This document shows positions 34,794-46,539 of a DNA stretch of 64,000 bases, piece by piece (position 1 is the first letter of the stretch; every line of letters starts with the position of its first letter). The translations under genes and the position numbers were made by a program. Source of the stretch: Tetramitus jugosus. Lineage: Eukaryota > Protista > Heterolobosea. The notes beneath the pieces are model-generated. The model saw nothing but the letters and a program-made list of their open reading frames with translations, searched no databases and had not been told where the DNA came from. The stretch covers positions 496,001 through 560,000 of the forward strand of contig OW569354.1 in assembly GCA_937625935.1 (NCBI GenBank), given 5' to 3'.

Positions 34794-37706
34794 TTAATTG
34801 AAGATTGATTTTACAGACATAAGTTCGGACTGAAGCAGTGGGAGCTTGTTCTTCTTGAACCTCAGAAATTCTCTTGCATCCTCTTCCAGAACAGCTAGTC
34901 TTGTCTTCAAGATGACATTGTTGGGCTCTCGCTCAAGACTTTGTCGAATTCGTTTTCGTTCTTCTAATTCTCGCATGTACTTTGGCTCCATTGTGCCAAA
35001 GAATGTCATCAGTTCTGATGTGAGATACTTGACTCGCGATACGGAATCTAATTGATTTAGGTTCTTGTTTGGAGAAGTGTTTGGTGGCATCATGGTCGGT
35101 TCAGACTTATCATTGTGTTGTTCATTGTCGAGTAATAGCTCAATCGGTCGTCTGGGTGGTGGTCTTTTCCATTCGATAGTAGAAAGGAAGAAAGGAGAGC
35201 TGGTGGATGGAGCTGTTACAATTGAACGAACCAAGTTAATTCTCTTCTTTTCTTGTTTCTTTAACAGGTGGAACTTCCAAGTTGAAAAGTACCGAACAAT
35301 GATACTAACAGACTCCATCGATATTGGCATTTCTCGTTGGACTTGATGTTTCACGTGGTTGTCGTACCTTTCAACTCCACGCATAAGGAACTGTCTTAAT
35401 GCTCGCTCCAACAAAATTCTCTTGTGTTTCTCCAGGGCTTGCAATGTCAGTTCTCCTTTCTCTTTCCTCATCTGAGAGAAGAGTTTGAAGCAACGAGCAA
35501 CCTTTTGGAAAGTTTTTCTTGAAAAGAAGATATCAGCTCTCCGTTTCGAGTTCAACTCTATATATCTTTCTTGCAACCTCTGCCTCCATAGTCGGAGGAT
35601 CTTCTGACGCAAAACACTACAATAACACGTAGTCGCTTCTTCTGATCGAGAATTCTTCCCTTTTCGAATCGACAAGTAAATACCCCATGCTTTCAAACAC
35701 CTCTTCAACAAATTCTTAACGAAGCTACTGTGAGCCCTTTTGTTCTCCAAATTCGATAGAATTCTAGAATGATAATATTGTTTCATGGAAGAGAATATTC
35801 TTTGCAGTCTTTTTCGATTCAAGGGTTGTTGAATCAACTTCACTCTTTCTAACATTAATTCTTCCTTCTCTTTTTGTTTGTGAGCATATAGACTTAGCGA
35901 CTGCATTACCTTTCTCTTTAAATGAGCCGAGTGAAACTGTTCTGCTTTTCGATACCACACACTCAACTCCATGTTTGAGTTGTATTCAGATATCCAATGG
36001 CGGAAATATGTGCGATAACATAGTTGTGAATAGAATGTTTGAGCAGTCTCCTCATCGAGTTGATTGGCGTCTCGAATTGTTTGTTCTCTCTTCCAGTAAT
36101 TAAAGTATCTATTCTTGACAAAGAACGAGTAAATATTCGTTGATTTGTTGATTTCATCTAACTTAATCTGTCTATGTTTTTGATACAACGTGAATGCCTT
36201 CAATGCTCGAAACATCAATCGGAAGGCATTAAAGCGGAGTGCTGATTGATGCTTCTGAAGATCCACGACATTTTTCTGTGTTTCCATCCACCAAATTTGA
36301 AAGAAATACCGTTTAGTGTTGAACAGATACAACCGAGTTGCTTCGAGTTCATACGCTCTCTTTCTATTAAACCTAACAAGCTCGCATAACCACACGTTGA
36401 AGTATCGAGCAATGAGATTTCGATTCGATAAAGCGATGACTTTTTGATGAGTAGTTTTCTGCTTAACTCTCTCATCTCGATACAATTTGAGAGCCTCAAA
36501 GTATTGGGAAGCGTAACGAAGCAAATAATGTCGATCCGCTTCTCTGATGAGAGCTTTACTGTGTCTATTGCTATCTACATAATAGAGTATGGAGTGAAAA
36601 GTTTTTCTGACCAATGTAGTATCATAGTGTTCTATTGCGAGCTTAACTTGTTTCAATTCTCGTTTTTCGATCTTCAATTTCGCTTTGATTGCCCATATTT
36701 GAAAGTATTTTCTCTTTGAACTGAACAGGTCATACTTTTTCGATTGTAATCTCTGATTTCGTCTCCTCCTATGAAGATCTCTATTCATCTTGAATGATTG
36801 CAATCCAACTTTCTTCAGGACAAACTCGCGGTACTTTTCGGATTGCTCCCATAGGGTTCGTTGTCGATTCAACCACCTCCAATACCGAAAATATTTCAGG
36901 ATTAATTGAGAGATAAAGTGGTGGTCTGCCAGTTGATTCAAATCTCTTTTCCATCTCGTATGCCGAGCATGACACGTTAAAGCTATTATTGCTCTGCTCA
37001 TTACATTCATGTTTGCTCGTTTAGCTGCTTCTTCAAGTTTCACATCTTCTTGACAACGTAAGTCATACAGTTTCGTCCTCCACTTGTAAAAGAATTGTTG
37101 CAAGATACTCAATTTCGATCTTGCTCCTAGTATGAATTCTTTTTTCCAAATTTCCATTCGGTCCTCCTTTTTCTTCTTCCATTGCTTGAACACTAACCTA
37201 TACAAGCGTCGGTTATAGGATTGATCTGCTTTGTTGGTTCGTTCTTCTTGTTTTTTCCTCACGTGCTCCTTCCATTTAATCACTGCTTTTGTGGCTATTT
37301 CATTGGATTTTCTGCTTCTCAATCTATTAAACAAAACTTGTTCCTTCTTGAATAATTCTGAAAATTGAGAATCTTCAGTTGGTTCGATCGATCTGTCAAG
37401 GGCATGACTAGAAATTTGTGGAGGGGATTTTTCCAATCCTTTCTTCACATTTCTGATCCTTTCTAATCTAGAGGGGATATTCGAGCTGGGTTGGTCCGAT
37501 ATCGTTGCTTGATTTGTTGGTTTCGGTATCTTGATGCCAGTCGACGGTTGAGGAGCAGCTCTAACCGATCGAGGAGTGGGAAACTCTGCCGTTTGAAGGT
37601 TCGATGCACGTTGTGCTATCCCTTGCTTCTTTGTTGCCGTTGTCGAGAGAGGAGGGTTTGATTTAATATTTCTTGTCAATTTCTGATTATTGAGTCGGGG
37701 ATGCAT
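34794..37706 (-). CDS. SFI1: Sfi1-like centrin-binding repeat protein
   Basis: Many repeats of A..(F/H/Y)...LL...F..W(K/R) over 970 aa. Confidence 0.8.
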   Translation of the reverse strand: MHPRLNNQKLTRNIKSNPPLSTTATKKQGIAQRASNLQTAEFPTPRSVRAAPQPSTGIKIPKPTNQATISDQPSSNIPSRLERIRNVKKGLEKSPPQISSHALDRSIEPTEDSQFSELFKKEQVLFNRLRSRKSNEIATKAVIKWKEHVRKKQEERTNKADQSYNRRLYRLVFKQWKKKKEDRMEIWKKEFILGARSKLSILQQFFYKWRTKLYDLRCQEDVKLEEAAKRANMNVMSRAIIALTCHARHTRWKRDLNQLADHHFISQLILKYFRYWRWLNRQRTLWEQSEKYREFVLKKVGLQSFKMNRDLHRRRRNQRLQSKKYDLFSSKRKYFQIWAIKAKLKIEKRELKQVKLAIEHYDTTLVRKTFHSILYYVDSNRHSKALIREADRHYLLRYASQYFEALKLYRDERVKQKTTHQKVIALSNRNLIARYFNVWLCELVRFNRKRAYELEATRLYLFNTKRYFFQIWWMETQKNVVDLQKHQSALRFNAFRLMFRALKAFTLYQKHRQIKLDEINKSTNIYSFFVKNRYFNYWKREQTIRDANQLDEETAQTFYSQLCYRTYFRHWISEYNSNMELSVWYRKAEQFHSAHLKRKVMQSLSLYAHKQKEKEELMLERVKLIQQPLNRKRLQRIFSSMKQYYHSRILSNLENKRAHSSFVKNLLKRCLKAWGIYLSIRKGKNSRSEEATTCYCSVLRQKILRLWRQRLQERYIELNSKRRADIFFSRKTFQKVARCFKLFSQMRKEKGELTLQALEKHKRILLERALRQFLMRGVERYDNHVKHQVQREMPISMESVSIIVRYFSTWKFHLLKKQEKKRINLVRSIVTAPSTSSPFFLSTIEWKRPPPRRPIELLLDNEQHNDKSEPTMMPPNTSPNKNLNQLDSVSRVKYLTSELMTFFGTMEPKYMRELEERKRIRQSLEREPNNVILKTRLAVLEEDAREFLRFKKNKLPLLQSELMSVKSIFN

Positions 37707-37774
37707 GTCATGTTTTTTTGATCGGTTTTATTGTAGTTATCGTTTCTCTCTTGAAACAAAACTCTCGACAAAGC

Positions 37775-38930
37775 TTACTCTAGTGATTCCAAAAACTCGT
37801 CAGATTCAATTAGTTCCTTCACAACGTCTAATCCGCCAATGAGTTGACCCTTGCTGTACAGTTGAGGAAAGGTTGGCCAGTTGGAATAAGTTTTCAATCC
37901 CTCTCGCACGTCATTATCACTCAAAATATCAAAATGTCCAAAAGCAACCTTTTGTTCGTTCAGCAATTGAACAATTTTGTTTGAGAAACCACACTTTGGA
38001 GCAGATGGAGCACCCTTCATGAACAACATGACAGGGCTTTGGTTAATGAGATGCTTGAGCTTTTCTTCCAGTGGCAGTTGATTAATTGGATCAATGTCCA
38101 ACTCCTCCAAGAAATCACCAGACTCAATAAGCTCTTTGACAACGTCCAACCCTCCAATAAGTTGACCCTTGCTATACAATTGAGGATAAGTTGGCCAATT
38201 AGAATAAGTTTTCAATCCTTCTCTCACTTCGTGATCACTCAAAATGTCAAAGTGTCCAAAAGTCACCTTTTGTTCGTTCAACATTTGAACCATTTTGTTT
38301 GAGAAGCCACATTTTGGAGAAGATGGAGAACCCTTCATGAACAACATGACAGGACTCTGGTTCACTAGTGACTTGAAATCAATGGCTGATTTTTGTTGTT
38401 GAGCAACAGACACATTTTCCTTTGTTGCTTCCTTTGCCAAGGCAGCCAATCGATTCACATGTTGAGCCACCATTTGTGGACTTGCACCTTCCACTTTGGC
38501 AATTTGAGTCTTTCCATGTTGACTCAGGAAGACAAATGCAGGAACAGATTCAATCGCATACTTTTCAGTCACTTCTGAAACATTCTCTGCTTCCACTCTT
38601 AAAAATTGTACCTTTTCTGTTTTGATGAAATCAGCAAATAAAACAAAAAATCAATTGTCGATAGTAGTAGTAATAGTAGAAAGGTGGTGATATGTTAGCT
38701 AAAAAACCATTGCAATCATCATCCAACTAGGGTCGAAAAAAAAAAAGTTTCATAAATGAAAAGAATTGGTACCACTAACCATTATTGATTTGAGATTCCA
38801 ATTCAAGCAAGAATTGATCCATCATTGTACATGGAGTGCACCAGTCGGCCCAAAAATGAATGACAGAGCATGGTTGTTGTGCAATCTTTTGATTAAAGTC
38901 TTGTTCGGATGCAATATCGAGTAGTGGCAT
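37775..38930 (-). CDS. GLRX3: Multidomain monothiol glutaredoxin Grx3/PICOT (Trx plus 2 Grx), 2 exons (38780-38930, 37775-38616)
   Basis: Exon 1 has IHFWADWCTPC. Two VMLFMKG.P..PKCGFS...YSNWPT.PQLY..G.LIGGLD domains follow. Confidence 0.93.
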
Positions 38931-39111
38931 GATTGAGTTCTACAAATATAGTTGTTATTGTTGTTATTGTTGTTGATTTGTTTTTTGTTTTCTGAGAAGC
39001 TAAAGATTCTCCAACAGTGTTTTGCCGCTTTGTTTCTAAGGATAATTGTCCGCACTGCTGCTTGAGCTGAATTTATGAGATCAAACAACAAATTAAAAAA
39101 CTGTGCATCAC

Positions 39112-42100
39112 ATGATAGGAGGAGAAGAACAAGTGAATGGCAATACTAATTCGAGCAAAATTGCACCCAACCTCTTTGGTCCAGTTCTCACCACCATCAA
39201 ACAACACATTCACACTCTTGAACAACAACAACAACAACAACAACACGACGTAAATGCAACCACATCAACACAACCAGCATCCACTCTATCGGTAGAAACA
39301 TGTTGGAACTTTGTTCAACAATTGATTGACATTATTGACCAAAATCATGCTGCTGCAAAAAACGCATCACACACAACAACAAGTGGACAAGAAGAGGAAG
39401 AACTCATCTCAACACAGACACTATCCGATTACAAGACTGGACTGGAGTTGATTGTTGTGTGGGGTATCGTTCCTAGACTATGCAAGGGTATTGGAATTGA
39501 TATGAAGAAGCGAATTGATATGGATACGAAAGCTTTTGTTCAACATTTGCAGTATCATGACACGAACATTGCAGAACATGAAAAGTTGTCGTTTGAAAAT
39601 TGTAGCCGAGTATTGAGTTGTGTGCACGCTCTTCTCACAATTTCTCGAAATGATTTATTGTTGCAACAAATTGTTTATGACTATTACTTTGCGGATGTGA
39701 TTGCTTCGTATATTCAACTCATTTATATGAAGAAACCGAAAAATGTTGAACAAGCGGTGGTCGAGTGTGTCGATGTGACAAAATTGAATGAATTTTCTTC
39801 GCCGGCTCATTTGTTTCAATTTTCATCATCGTCGTCGGCAGCTTCACACAAGACAATCATCAAGAGATATGGATTCAGCGAGAGAGAGACTGAGAGATGC
39901 GCCAATGAATTCAATCATTTGATGAAGAGTACTCCTGAAACAGTGATTGCCAATAGCTTATTGTTGTTGGTGTCTGAGAGTGGTTCGTCGAGTGCCAAAT
40001 GGTTCACTCACATGTGCAGTTCCTTCCTATCCATATTATTAACAAGACCGAAAGGAGTGTTTGCTGTGACTCATTCGCTGTTAGAAGACATTCCAGAGTC
40101 TCACTTGCAAAAGTATGAGCGTGTGGTGCAGTTGGTACTCAAGAAGCCTCAACAATGTGCAACGTTAGACATGTACTATGGTTATATTTGTCCACAAATC
40201 TTGAGAATGCTGCGGTTGAGAGGTCAAAAATTTGCTCACATTAGTAGAGCAGCTCAGCTCTATGCTGGTACAATTGTGCAACAACAGCCTGATCTAGCTC
40301 AAAAATATATTTTAGGACCCATAATTAAGCCATTGAATGATTTCATCAAATTTGGATCCATTGTGCCCGAGAATCATGAGAAGAGCAATGAATTACGTGA
40401 TGATGAAAGCACAATTGATGAAGAAGAAGAAGAAAGAGATGTACTCATTAGTGAAACAGAGCTGGGTCAATGCATTGAGGATCTTCATCACCTGTTACAT
40501 GGAAACGCACCTACTCCTACTTTATTTGATTGCATTACAATGGTTGTTCCAGCGATATTTCAATTGTACTGTTTTGTGAGTCGTACAAAGCTCAATTTGA
40601 AGACTGCGTGCGAGGAAATCATATCTAGCTATTTTAAAATTAGTGACAGAGCTCTGGATGTCATCAAGTCTCTTTTGATCTTTGAACGAAACAAGTTCGC
40701 CACTTATTGCATTTTTGCTGGTGGCAGTACAGGAGGCGTGTGTATCAAGCGAGTGAAACAAACGAGCAGAGATTACATGTGGGAAGCGCGGTGCATGATC
40801 CAACTATTGAAACTGATGAAAAACGACTCTGTTGCAGGTGATTTGTTTGTGCATTTAATGACACAATTCACATTGCTTGAGCAGAGAACTGAAGAAGTCA
40901 ATCATAATCTGACGCAGGCGCTCGGTCCTATGAATGAATCCTACATGCCGGAGGAGAATGTCATCATCTTACAAATGCTACAGCTCATTATGGAAGAGCT
41001 AGGCCCATCCATTATGAAAAACACGCTGCAGACTATAGCGTTTATCAAATTTTTGCTGTTGAAACATGAGAGCAATCACTCGGAGAACGATTTCGAAATG
41101 ATCACGATGGGATTGGGAATATTATCAACAATCATCTGTGGGGCTATTCCTGTTCGAACTGCCGAAGAGGAGCATGCTCTCAACGACGTTCAACCAATTC
41201 TGCGGAGGTTAGTAGATAGTCATCCAAACGAACAAGTCTCAGAGATGTCAGCAACGGCCAACTTGGGAATAGAGACAAAACAATATCGAGAACATTTTGA
41301 TGGAGCAACGGCTGAAGTCTCCGAGGAAGAAAAAACTGAAATCCGGTTAAGAACGATACTTAATGACCTGAAGGATCCACTGCTACCAGTACGTGCGCAC
41401 GGAGTCATGTCACTTCGGTCTCTCGTGCTTGAAAAGGGTAATCCTACAGTTAGAAAGCATATGAAGAATATATTGCGAATATTTCAAACGCAGTTGAAGG
41501 ATAGTGACTCGTACGTGTATATCGGAGCAATACGAGGTCTATCTGCCATGGCAGACATGTTTCCAGATGAGATTATACCTATAATCACTGAATCGTTTGA
41601 AGACAAGAATATGCCATGCACTGAACGAGTGAAACTCGGAGAAGCCATGGTTGAGATCATTGAGCGTTGTGGAGAGCTGTTGCCTAAATATGCACAGCAA
41701 TTTATTTTCTCACTTTTAAAATGTTGCCGAGAAATGCCTTCACAGAAATCCAAGAGAAAGGTAGAAACTCTGAGCAAGAGTGATTCTGATGGAAGTGAAA
41801 TTATTCCCTCCGTTAATGATGATAGTTCTATTATTCGAGCTAGTTCATTGTCCAATCTATCTGATGTAGTCGATGTCCTGAAGTATGGAATGCATCCCTA
41901 TGTGAGTGACATTCTCACCAATGCGGCCACTTTACTCGAAACAGATACGAGCTATCATGTTCGCAGAGCTGCGGTTCACATATTCTCACGATTGGTGAAC
42001 TCTCTGGATGTTGGCTTGTTCAACCTCTTTTTTACTACCGAAGAGTTGAACAAGGTTCATTTTGGAATGTACGAGGGTACTAATCCTGTGACTGAAGTCA

Positions 42101-42255
42101 TCCGTGTATTGAAATATGCTGAAACTTATGACACGGATAACCTGATTCGTGTGAATGCCAAGACGGTTCTTGTGGAAATAGAGGATATTATTTATGAGAT
42201 ACTACGCCCAAAGGAAACCCTTGAGGGAGCTCACAACCTTGTTAAGTTTAGATAA
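39112..42255 (+). CDS. TANGO6: TANGO6/Rtp1 HEAT-repeat protein
   Basis: LS.LLTRPKGV, YY..ICPQIL.ML, LKDPLLPVRAHG..SL, LKDSDSYVY..AI.GL and R.K.GE motifs. Confidence 0.85.
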   Translation: MIGGEEQVNGNTNSSKIAPNLFGPVLTTIKQHIHTLEQQQQQQQHDVNATTSTQPASTLSVETCWNFVQQLIDIIDQNHAAAKNASHTTTSGQEEEELISTQTLSDYKTGLELIVVWGIVPRLCKGIGIDMKKRIDMDTKAFVQHLQYHDTNIAEHEKLSFENCSRVLSCVHALLTISRNDLLLQQIVYDYYFADVIASYIQLIYMKKPKNVEQAVVECVDVTKLNEFSSPAHLFQFSSSSSAASHKTIIKRYGFSERETERCANEFNHLMKSTPETVIANSLLLLVSESGSSSAKWFTHMCSSFLSILLTRPKGVFAVTHSLLEDIPESHLQKYERVVQLVLKKPQQCATLDMYYGYICPQILRMLRLRGQKFAHISRAAQLYAGTIVQQQPDLAQKYILGPIIKPLNDFIKFGSIVPENHEKSNELRDDESTIDEEEEERDVLISETELGQCIEDLHHLLHGNAPTPTLFDCITMVVPAIFQLYCFVSRTKLNLKTACEEIISSYFKISDRALDVIKSLLIFERNKFATYCIFAGGSTGGVCIKRVKQTSRDYMWEARCMIQLLKLMKNDSVAGDLFVHLMTQFTLLEQRTEEVNHNLTQALGPMNESYMPEENVIILQMLQLIMEELGPSIMKNTLQTIAFIKFLLLKHESNHSENDFEMITMGLGILSTIICGAIPVRTAEEEHALNDVQPILRRLVDSHPNEQVSEMSATANLGIETKQYREHFDGATAEVSEEEKTEIRLRTILNDLKDPLLPVRAHGVMSLRSLVLEKGNPTVRKHMKNILRIFQTQLKDSDSYVYIGAIRGLSAMADMFPDEIIPIITESFEDKNMPCTERVKLGEAMVEIIERCGELLPKYAQQFIFSLLKCCREMPSQKSKRKVETLSKSDSDGSEIIPSVNDDSSIIRASSLSNLSDVVDVLKYGMHPYVSDILTNAATLLETDTSYHVRRAAVHIFSRLVNSLDVGLFNLFFTTEELNKVHFGMYEGTNPVTEVIRVLKYAETYDTDNLIRVNAKTVLVEIEDIIYEILRPKETLEGAHNLVKFR

Positions 42256-42337
42256 AAATTCAGACCACACAAACTTACCAATACCTGACCTATTTAATAT
42301 CTAATACACAGCTGCAAAACCAACTGACAAAACATCG

Positions 42338-42410
42338 TGGAGGCGCCGGGAATCGAACCCAGGACCTCTTCCATGCTAAGGAAGCGCTCTACCAACTGAG
42401 CCACGCCCCC
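42338..42410 (-). tRNA. tRNA-Ala (AGC)
   Basis: GGGGGCG acceptor stem with G3:U70, anticodon arm CTTCC-TTAGCAT-GGAAG, and GGTTCGATT T-loop. Confidence 0.95.
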
Positions 42411-42570
42411 TCCACACGTCTTGTTTGTCAGAAATATCAGTTTACTGTAATTCGGCCACCGGAGTAAATAAATTACAAAATCAATTTTCGCGACATTTTA
42501 TTTTTCCACACAAACAACAAAAACGCAATTGCACTTTCTTCACGCGACAAGCTATCCACCAAATCAAAAA

Positions 42571-43981
42571 ATGATTGCCAACAAACTTGTCAAGAGCAGT
42601 GCACAATCGTCACTGCGCAGCATGATCATCAACAACAACACTTGTGTACATACGCTGAATCGCATGATATTACCCTCATCCAACACTCTCTCACAACAAC
42701 AAACAAGAAATTATGCACCAAAACAACGAAGAATTAATTTGACAATGCAAAATCCGTTCGACATGTTGGAAGACTACAAGAAAAAGATGGCTACTATTGA
42801 GAGATTGGATGAGAACACACCAATTGGCAAAGTGATATACACTGATGATGTCCTGTTGCAGCGTAACATTGAAATTTATGAAAAGTTGAAAGCGAGTGGT
42901 GAAATACCTGGTATGTCGTGTTTGGTCAGACAAGATGCATTTTTGCACAACAACAACAACAAAAAAAATTTTCATTTTTTTCACATGGGATAAAACTCAC
43001 ACAACATTTTTTTTTTGCGTTATAGAGGAGGAACTGTTGGCAGAGGAGCCTCAAGTCCAGGAATATGTCGATTTTTTGAAAAAGACTGAACCAGGCCCAG
43101 GTGAGTACACTCACAGTAGCAAGCGAAGTGGTGTCATTGCAGTCAAGTGTGGCATGATCCCATTCTGGGACAAGTACATGAACAGAGTGTCTCTTACTGC
43201 TCTATGGGTGCCTGACTGTCAAGTCGTTCAAGCAAAAACCAATGAAAAGGAAGGTTACACTGCATTGCAATTGGGCGCAGGAAGCAGATCTGTCAAACAA
43301 ATCACAAAACCAATGTATGGACACTTTCAAGGTGCAGGTGTCGAGCCAAAGCAAGTACTCACTGAAGTCAAGGTGACTACGGATGCCATGTTGCCTGTTG
43401 GTTTCCGATTCGATGTCAGACATTTCCGCTTGGGTCAATTTGTGGATGTCACTGGTCGTACAAAAGGTAAGGGATTCCAGGGTCCAATGAAGAGATGGGG
43501 CTTTGCTGGTCAACCTGCCACTCATGGTGTCTCTGTGGTCCACAGATCTCACGGTTCAACGGGTAACAAGATTGGTAAGGTGTTCCCTGGTAAGAAGATG
43601 GCTGGTCACATGGGTTGCCAACAAAAGACTGTGTTGAACCTCTATGTTCACATGATGGACATTAAGAGAAATTTGATTTATGTGAGTGGAGCTGTGCCTG
43701 GATCAGAGGGAAGCTACGTTCTCCTTCAAGATGCAAGAAGAAAGAAGCCAAGTCTCACTAATCCACCACCATTCCCAAGTTACACCCCTGTTGAGGGAGA
43801 AGATGTTGCTTCATTGAGCGATTCAGAGGCCATTTTGGTTGCTGACGGTCAGAAGCCATTCGATTGGTCCGATTCAACCATGTCCTATGAACAAATCCAA
43901 GCCATGTTGGACGGTGAAGAAGTGAAGGTTGATAAGAAGCAAGACATCAAGACTTCCAACAAGGGTGGTGGTAGGAAGTAA
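42571..43981 (+). CDS. MRPL3: Mitochondrial ribosomal protein uL3m, 2 exons (42571-42910, 43026-43981)
   Basis: Targeting-peptide-like N-terminus, then RSGVIAVKCGM, GYTALQLG, GQFVDVTG.TKGKGFQG.MKRWGF and GKKMAGHMG. Confidence 0.93.
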
Positions 43982-43996
43982 TAAACACCAAAGATT

Positions 43997-45559
43997 TTAT
44001 GTTTGAATTTCCAGATTGACTGCACTATCGCTCGACAAGTTCAGTGATCCTTGTTGTGTCGTTGCTGTTCCATTGTAGAAACCTCGCACAATTTTCGGTT
44101 CATCCACTGTCCGGACGACACGGTCTTGCAACGAAGAAGACACCACCAAGGTGGCAGATGATTTAGACTCTAGAGTGAATTGGCCAGACCAATCGTCATC
44201 GTCCAACACCATGGAGATGGATCCGGAGCGAGAAGTCGATCGTATCGTTTGTGCGTTTCTGATCTGTTTATGCACCTGTTGTCCATAAACAGTCTCTGAA
44301 ATCAATTCACCTGAGCGAATCAAATTGACATCCTTGCCCGATACACTTGCACTTGATGAAGCTCGAATGACTAACCGAGGAGTTGATACGTGCTGATACT
44401 CTATCAATCCACTACCACTCTTTTCTCCACTGGTCAGAATCATCTCCTTCTCGCTCATTGAATTCTTGACTTTGATGCCTCTAGACGATGTCAAATAGGT
44501 ACCGTGCACCGTTGTTACAGAATCAACATCAACCAATCGATCACCAATCGCATTCAACACATTGAACCTCATATTGCCATTCTTGCTGTTGAATTTGATG
44601 GATCCAGAGGTTGTTTCAACCGTAATCGACACATCATTTGGCACTGAAATCAACATGCGAGAAGAGTAGCAATCCTCCTTGTTTTTCTGATCAATGGTTG
44701 TTTCAATCGTGTAAACCATTGGTTCATGAGATTGCAGTGCAGCAGCAATTACATTATCGCTATTGGATGTCCATGCACTGCGAATGTTTTTGAATCCAGT
44801 TGTTGATTTTGATTTTCGCGTTTCAGTAATCAACACATGATCACTTTGCATATTATTTCTCACAAATTCATATTCACCAAATCCATGAAATTTCAATGTC
44901 ACTGTATTCTGTTGTTGTTGCAGTTGTTGTTGCAATGGAATTTGCATGGATACAGTATCACCAAACTTGAAATCACTAGACTTTGTGCAGTGAGTCAATT
45001 TTTGATAACCACTCGCCACAATTTTAATGACCACAATCGGAACAACCAAACAACAACAACAGCACAATAGACACAACACGGTCAATATGATACCCGTATT
45101 CAAAAAACATGCATTGTCACCTGATTTTTTCAATGGTGGTGCTGTCGATTGATTATATTGTTGTTGTTGTTGTTGTTGCAACACAAATGGAGCTCTTCTA
45201 TTCTCATGATTCATAGTGTGGTTGTGATCATCAATGAGTGAAACGACTTGTTCTGCATGATGACTATTGTAGTTGTGTGCAGCAGCATCATCATCATCAT
45301 CATCATCATCATTGTAATCGTATGTTTCCATCATGATTGGAGTGGAAGATGGATTGTATTGATGATGATGAACAGATGATGATAATGATGATGGTAATGT
45401 TGTTGTTGTTGTTGTTATTGGATCATAGTGGTGAGAGTGAATGATGGGATAGGCTGTGTGACGGTTGATTGAGAGTACATTGGAACTAGTGGAGGGTGTG
45501 GGAGAAGAGGGAAAAGGACTTTCATACACGGGATCTTGTTCTTCTGCAATGTGATTCAT
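43997..45559 (-). CDS. Single-pass membrane protein with a beta-rich (DUF4097/adhesin-like) ectodomain
   Basis: Low-complexity N-terminus, Cys-rich TM segment, and repeated T.SG.I motifs (ETTSGSI, SRSGSI, SSDSAV). Confidence 0.65.
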   Translation of the reverse strand: MNHIAEEQDPVYESPFPSSPTPSTSSNVLSINRHTAYPIIHSHHYDPITTTTTTLPSSLSSSVHHHQYNPSSTPIMMETYDYNDDDDDDDDAAAHNYNSHHAEQVVSLIDDHNHTMNHENRRAPFVLQQQQQQQYNQSTAPPLKKSGDNACFLNTGIILTVLCLLCCCCCLVVPIVVIKIVASGYQKLTHCTKSSDFKFGDTVSMQIPLQQQLQQQQNTVTLKFHGFGEYEFVRNNMQSDHVLITETRKSKSTTGFKNIRSAWTSNSDNVIAAALQSHEPMVYTIETTIDQKNKEDCYSSRMLISVPNDVSITVETTSGSIKFNSKNGNMRFNVLNAIGDRLVDVDSVTTVHGTYLTSSRGIKVKNSMSEKEMILTSGEKSGSGLIEYQHVSTPRLVIRASSSASVSGKDVNLIRSGELISETVYGQQVHKQIRNAQTIRSTSRSGSISMVLDDDDWSGQFTLESKSSATLVVSSSLQDRVVRTVDEPKIVRGFYNGTATTQQGSLNLSSDSAVNLEIQT

Positions 45560-45973
45560 TGTAGTAGCTCAATGATGTTGTCTGGTCAGGTTTTTTTTGT
45601 GTTGAAAAGTTTGTCCTAGGAGTTTTTGATGATCGCTTCCAACACTGGATTTGAAGGCGGAATAATCGCGTTGTCTTAATCCAGAAAAAATCTAATCACA
45701 GCAGATGAGTGATTGAATTATATCTAGATTTCAAGACAATTTAAACCTTTTGAGTGATCAAAAGAAAAAACTGTTTCGGCAACAGATTCACGATACTTCA
45801 GTTATCACAAGGTTTTGGATCTTTTTTTGCCACCACAACGTTGTGTTTGGGTTGAATTTTTTTTCAAAGAACATTCATCCAAGGATTATTTGTGGCTCAG
45901 AGGAGAGCTTAGATATATTAAAAGTTATTTGGGTATGATACAACAATAAAACACATTGGACAACAAAATGAAG

Positions 45974-46324
45974 CTACTCAATTGAAGGGTGAATATTCTC
46001 CAATGCAATGGCATTTTGTTTCGCATCGTCAATGATTTTTGGATCAAATTCATACATCACACTCATTCTTTCCAATGCACCCACTGTGAAAAACCTCAAA
46101 TTCTTCAATGGGAATAACTCTCTGATTTCATCTTGCATCTTGTCCCAACGTCTACTATTCATCCCTTTGCTCAATGTTATCAAGAAATGACTATCTGCTG
46201 TTATGAAAAATTGGTGACCAACAATTGGCCCAAACAATTGGCACCCACATGGAGGAATATTGTATCGATTCATAATTTCAAGGATTTGATCTTTGTGTTT
46301 TATGAGCTCATCCAGCGTTAGCAT
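45974..46324 (-). CDS. Minimal nucleotidyltransferase (MNT)-like small protein, catalytic motif degenerate
   Basis: MLTLDELIKHKDQILEIMNRYNI...QLFGP...ADSHFLI...QDEIRELF...FFT..AL...NAIAL follows the layout of bacterial MNT antitoxins. Pattern recognition only. Confidence 0.5.
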   Translation of the reverse strand: MLTLDELIKHKDQILEIMNRYNIPPCGCQLFGPIVGHQFFITADSHFLITLSKGMNSRRWDKMQDEIRELFPLKNLRFFTVGALERMSVMYEFDPKIIDDAKQNAIALENIHPSIE

Positions 46325-46539
46325 TGTTTCACTGACCAATAAAATGGTGAATTGAAGTTATTTGTTCGTTGCGCTGTTGCCCAAAAAAATTGATTGTTGG
46401 AGAGCAAATGTGAAAACAATAAAACATGTCATTCGATTTGATCTCACAAAGTTTTGTTTGGCATGTATTCACCATGAAATCAACCAACAAGTTGCTCAGA
46501 TACTCGTTACATCCAACATGCTTGCAATTTTATTGGCTC

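Noticed and set aside
42411-42520. Possible retroelement upstream of tRNA-Ala (also checked for tRNA-Phe at 55519-55620)
   Set aside because: No poly(A), TSD or GCAAC/GTTGT tail seen. These are empty sites.
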